Of a DNA stretch of 64,000 bases, positions 60,344 through 64,000 are shown one piece after another. A program made the position numbers and the translations under genes. The stretch spans positions 54,994,001-55,058,000 of the forward strand of contig CM068742.1 of the NCBI GenBank assembly GCA_035084275.1, written 5' to 3'. Each line of letters begins with the position of its first letter. Position 1 is the first letter of the stretch. The DNA comes from Hydrolagus colliei (Eukaryota). The notes below the pieces were generated by a model. It searched no databases. It worked only from the letters and a program-made list of their open reading frames with translations, and was not told the origin of the DNA.

Positions 60344-62704
60344 TCAAATGTACTGACTATTACTGTATAATGTTATGATTATCATTAAGTTAGACAAAGG
60401 GTCTTCTTGAACCAAATGTCTCTTGGGATATTTTGATTAGCTGTTTTTGTTGTTTTGCTTCTGGGTCATTCACTTAGAAGTAAGTTGTCAGATGTTATTC
60501 TGAGTAAATATTTGTGTTACTATCCTCTTCAAACCTGATACTGGCTTGAATATTGTCTGGAATCAACTTGTTTACGGGAGTTAAGGCTACTTGGGTGGAT
60601 ACATAAAGGTATTGGCAGTGATTGCCAGGACTGTACCAATAACTAGGTAAACTGTGACTTCGGGCCCTGGAGTCTCAGGGGTCCTGGATATGATTGAAGC
60701 CTTTACCTCCCATTGTGAGGCTCCGCAGGGTGTCACGAAAAGAGACAGAGCTAGTAGTATGACTCATACCTGAGCCGCTTTTGCCGTCACAAACCTTGTT
60801 ATCTCATTCAACCTGGTGAGAGGCAATGCAGTGAATTTCAGCAAGAGAGACGCAGCTGGAGGTACAAGTCATGTCTCCAGGAGGTCAGATGAGGTAAAAG
60901 ACACCTTGGAGAGCAGCGGCCATGTCTAGCAGCAATAGAGCCTAGGAATGCCGAAAAAAGATTTTGATTCACAGAGTTAATGAATTTGTGGACTTTCTGT
61001 ATTTCACATCACATATTAAGTATGAGAAAACCCTTCAATTAATTGTTTAAGTATATGAAACAGAATCACTTGCTGGAATCAACATTTTCAAACGCAGCAG
61101 GTCTTCTTCGAATGTTGTTAACAATAACAGTACAGTCTGTGATGGTAAACCCTCGTCCTCAAAGATGAGTCACATCAAAAGCTCACTCATCTACAATGAT
61201 CCAGGACAGTGAATGCACTTGTAATTTGATACATACACTAAGTTTTGATCATATAGTTGACATGTTGCAACTATTGAGTCACGCAAGAAAGTATTTTAAA
61301 ATGGTTGCACATTTTGTGTGCGTAGTTCAAGGCCCCTAAATGCGATCTATTTCAGGGCCCACCGATCCCTTAATCTGTCCCTAGGTACTGCTCAACAACT
61401 GAAATGTTATTTCAACAACAACTTCCACTTATACAGAGCCATCCACACAGGTAGTGTCTTAGAGCGTTTAAAAGTCGGGCAGAGCCTGACTCCGAGCCGG
61501 AGGGTGTGGGAAAGGGAATGTTTCCAGTTGTTTTGCTCCGCAGTTTACTCAGTGACATATTAAGCCATTCACTGGAACATAATAATCCAATCAGTGCAAC
61601 TACTGGAAATTACCCCCATGGACATTATAAATAAGGGTAAACAATACTGTAATTATGCATCCAAGAGTGAATTGCCTTCAGTGGTGGGGAATGTATTAGG
61701 AAAGCAAACATATATTGTACTGCCTGCTTCACACTGAACTGGGCTGAAAAAAAACAATAACTTTTGGTATTTTCAGGATGGAATCTTTTAACTTTATTAA
61801 GCCAGCCACTTACATCAACAATCCATTGCAAGTTTCACTCAAATTTGATTCGAATCAAATGTGAGTACAGTGCAATTTGATCCCACTATATATAGATTTC
61901 AGCAGCAGTGCAATTTATGTTGCTCCTGAAACCACATCCTCCAGGTGACCTAACTCTCTGAGGACCACATCTGTATTGCATTTTACTAAAACTTCTGCCA
62001 TTCACCACCGACCATACAGTATAATTGTTCTGGTAGCAGTAAATAGAGAAAGTATCGCAAAATATGGCAAGGTTGAAGATACCCATGGCAAACATCTTCA
62101 TAAGGGATAAAAGGGTGAAGCCAAATAATCCAAAACTTTATCTCCTGCAAAGGGAAAGAGGTGATACTTCACGCACTTGTGAGCAGGGAGTTTCACCATA
62201 TCATAGATTTTGCCATTCTAATGGACGAGACACACTTTATTAGGTCTTTTAATGGATTAAAATGCCATTCTCGCATAATATAGTAAGGATCATGGCAACA
62301 CAAAGTATAAAATGGACTTTAAAGCCTTTGGATGTCTAAAATCCAGGAAGCATAATTGAACAAGAGAGAAAGCTGGGCAGTCGCTGCTTTGATGGAAGAT
62401 CTTCGAAAGGGTAAGGTAATCCTTCATTGCACAAATGTAGACTCCTCATCTTTTCCCTGCTTACACACACAACATAAGACAGTAGGAGGCAGGTAGTAAG
62501 ACACAGTAAGTGCAAATATTTTTCTTGCTGTGAAGACTGGTTTGTACTGGCTCGACATTGAAATTACATTTTTGTGTCACAGCATGCAAACGCTTTAGTT
62601 CTCGGCAGTTTCATTATTTTGTCAATCTGCCGATTGTAGCAGTAACTACTCTCCTTTGTACAGTGTTTGTTAACCTAAATCCTGTATCTTACTTGTGTGG
62701 AATG

Positions 62705-63062
62705 CTGTATCTTAGTAGTTAGAGTACTTGCCTCACAAGCAAGAGGGCCTGGGATGATTCTCAGGCAGAGCAAACGTTGGGCAACTTTTCATATTCCATA
62801 TGCCTCTAGCAGTAAGTAGGACCTAGCAGTAAGTAGAAACCTGGTTATGAGTTGATTTTCCAGTGGTAATAATTCCTTCCAAAAAATGTTAAATAATAAT
62901 AATTTGATTACTCAATCCACTGCTATTTGCAGTTGGCTGCCTCGTTTCACCCCCAAAATACAGTCAATTCACTTAAGAGTATATTCTGTGAAGAACTTTG
63001 AGAAATTGCAAAGACACGATAAGGTACCATATCAAATGTAAGGATTACTATTATCATTATTA
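62705..63062 (+). mobile_element. tRNA-SINE (long subfamily) with an internal duplication
   Basis: Head ttagagtacttgcctcacaagcaagag, duplicated ctagcagtaagtag, family tail. Confidence 0.8.
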
Positions 63063-63214
63063 ATTCATCTTAAGGAACAATGGTTCCAGTAAGTAACAAT
63101 TTGTAGTGTATTCATTGACAATCAACATATCAAGTTGTGGCTTGCAACTTTGTATATTTTCCTTACAGAGCCTATTTACCTCTAATTTGTGGTAATTACT
63201 GATTATAACATTAC

Positions 63215-63323
63215 TAATACTAATCCTTGCATTTGATATAGCGCATTTCACATCTTATCGATGTCCCAAAGCGCTTCACAGAATTTACTGTAAAGTGAAT
63301 TGACTGTATATTTGTGGGTGAAT
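63215..63323 (-). mobile_element. SINE 3' fragment, tail-to-tail with 62705-63062
   Basis: taatccttgcatttgatatagcgcatttcacatcttatcgatgtcccaaagcgcttcacag. Confidence 0.85.
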
Positions 63324-64000
63324 ATTAATACTTTACTGTTAAAAACCAGATAAACAAAAACATAAAAAGTTCATTCAGCTGTAACTCAATTCTATCAGAG
63401 CTACTACCAACCATATTGTTCACTTGAAATAGATTAATTTATCCCAATTTGCATATCACTATATAAAAATATAGTGGTAAGGATTGTTGGTAGAAAATCA
63501 TTGCCACTTGCCTTGTTAAAGATAATTTTCTGTTGTGGATAAAAGTTGTGTGATAAAATATTATAAAAGCTGTTATTGAACGTTAACAAAATACATCAAA
63601 GTCCGTGAAAGAATAATTGCTAATATTGGATTCTGAAGCTTTAACATTCCAATTATTGATCACAACTGGCATTCTATTAAATTACCTCATTTCACTTTGC
63701 TCCCATTCAATGCATTTTCATTATATGAAGAACGACTGTGTTTAAATCAATGGCACAAGACTAGTAGCATCCGAATTTTCTTGATATGGGCAAAAAACAA
63801 ACGACCATGTTAATCACATGAAGTCATAAGAAAGCAGGCATATTACTACCTTTTATGTGGCTTGTTTATTATGATTTCTCTTCTGGAATACAAGTGCAAA
63901 TTATTACATTAAAACAGTGATATGAACTCTAGCGAGAAGAGGGAGATAATTAGCCTAGCTTAGTGTGAAGAGGCACTCACCTCTTCCCTCACCAAGGCCC

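Noticed and set aside
63981-64000. Minus-strand donor (gag|gtgagt) at the window edge
   Set aside because: Only 20 nt of the putative exon is visible, so it cannot be evaluated.

Overview
This is AT-rich vertebrate non-coding DNA (intergenic or a large intron) with one 506-N assembly gap (24751-25256). I recognise no host protein-coding gene. The repeat repertoire suggests a cartilaginous fish, possibly a chimaera (inference). It comprises CR1 LINEs with a TTCTATGA-type tail, L2 LINEs with a (GTT)n tail, Deu-domain SINEs, a high-copy tRNA-SINE with an (ATT)n tail, and Tigger-, hAT-, Merlin- and CMC-like MITEs. The only long real ORF is the uninterrupted reverse-transcriptase half of a 5'-truncated CR1 (16159-17640, minus strand). 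The most notable observations are: two copies of a GG...CC-ended MITE with 8-bp TSDs carrying internal telomeric TTAGGG repeats; an apparently chimeric SINE (tRNA head + CORE-like box + Deu 3' domain + L2 tail) with long and short subfamilies; several multi-level nested insertions; TACAGTA/TACTGTA putative excision footprints; repeat-free blocks resembling conserved enhancers; and exon-like islands on the minus strand (possible lncRNA). I found no convincing novel multi-gene system. Ends of decayed repeats are approximate and family names come from recalled consensus features, not database searches.
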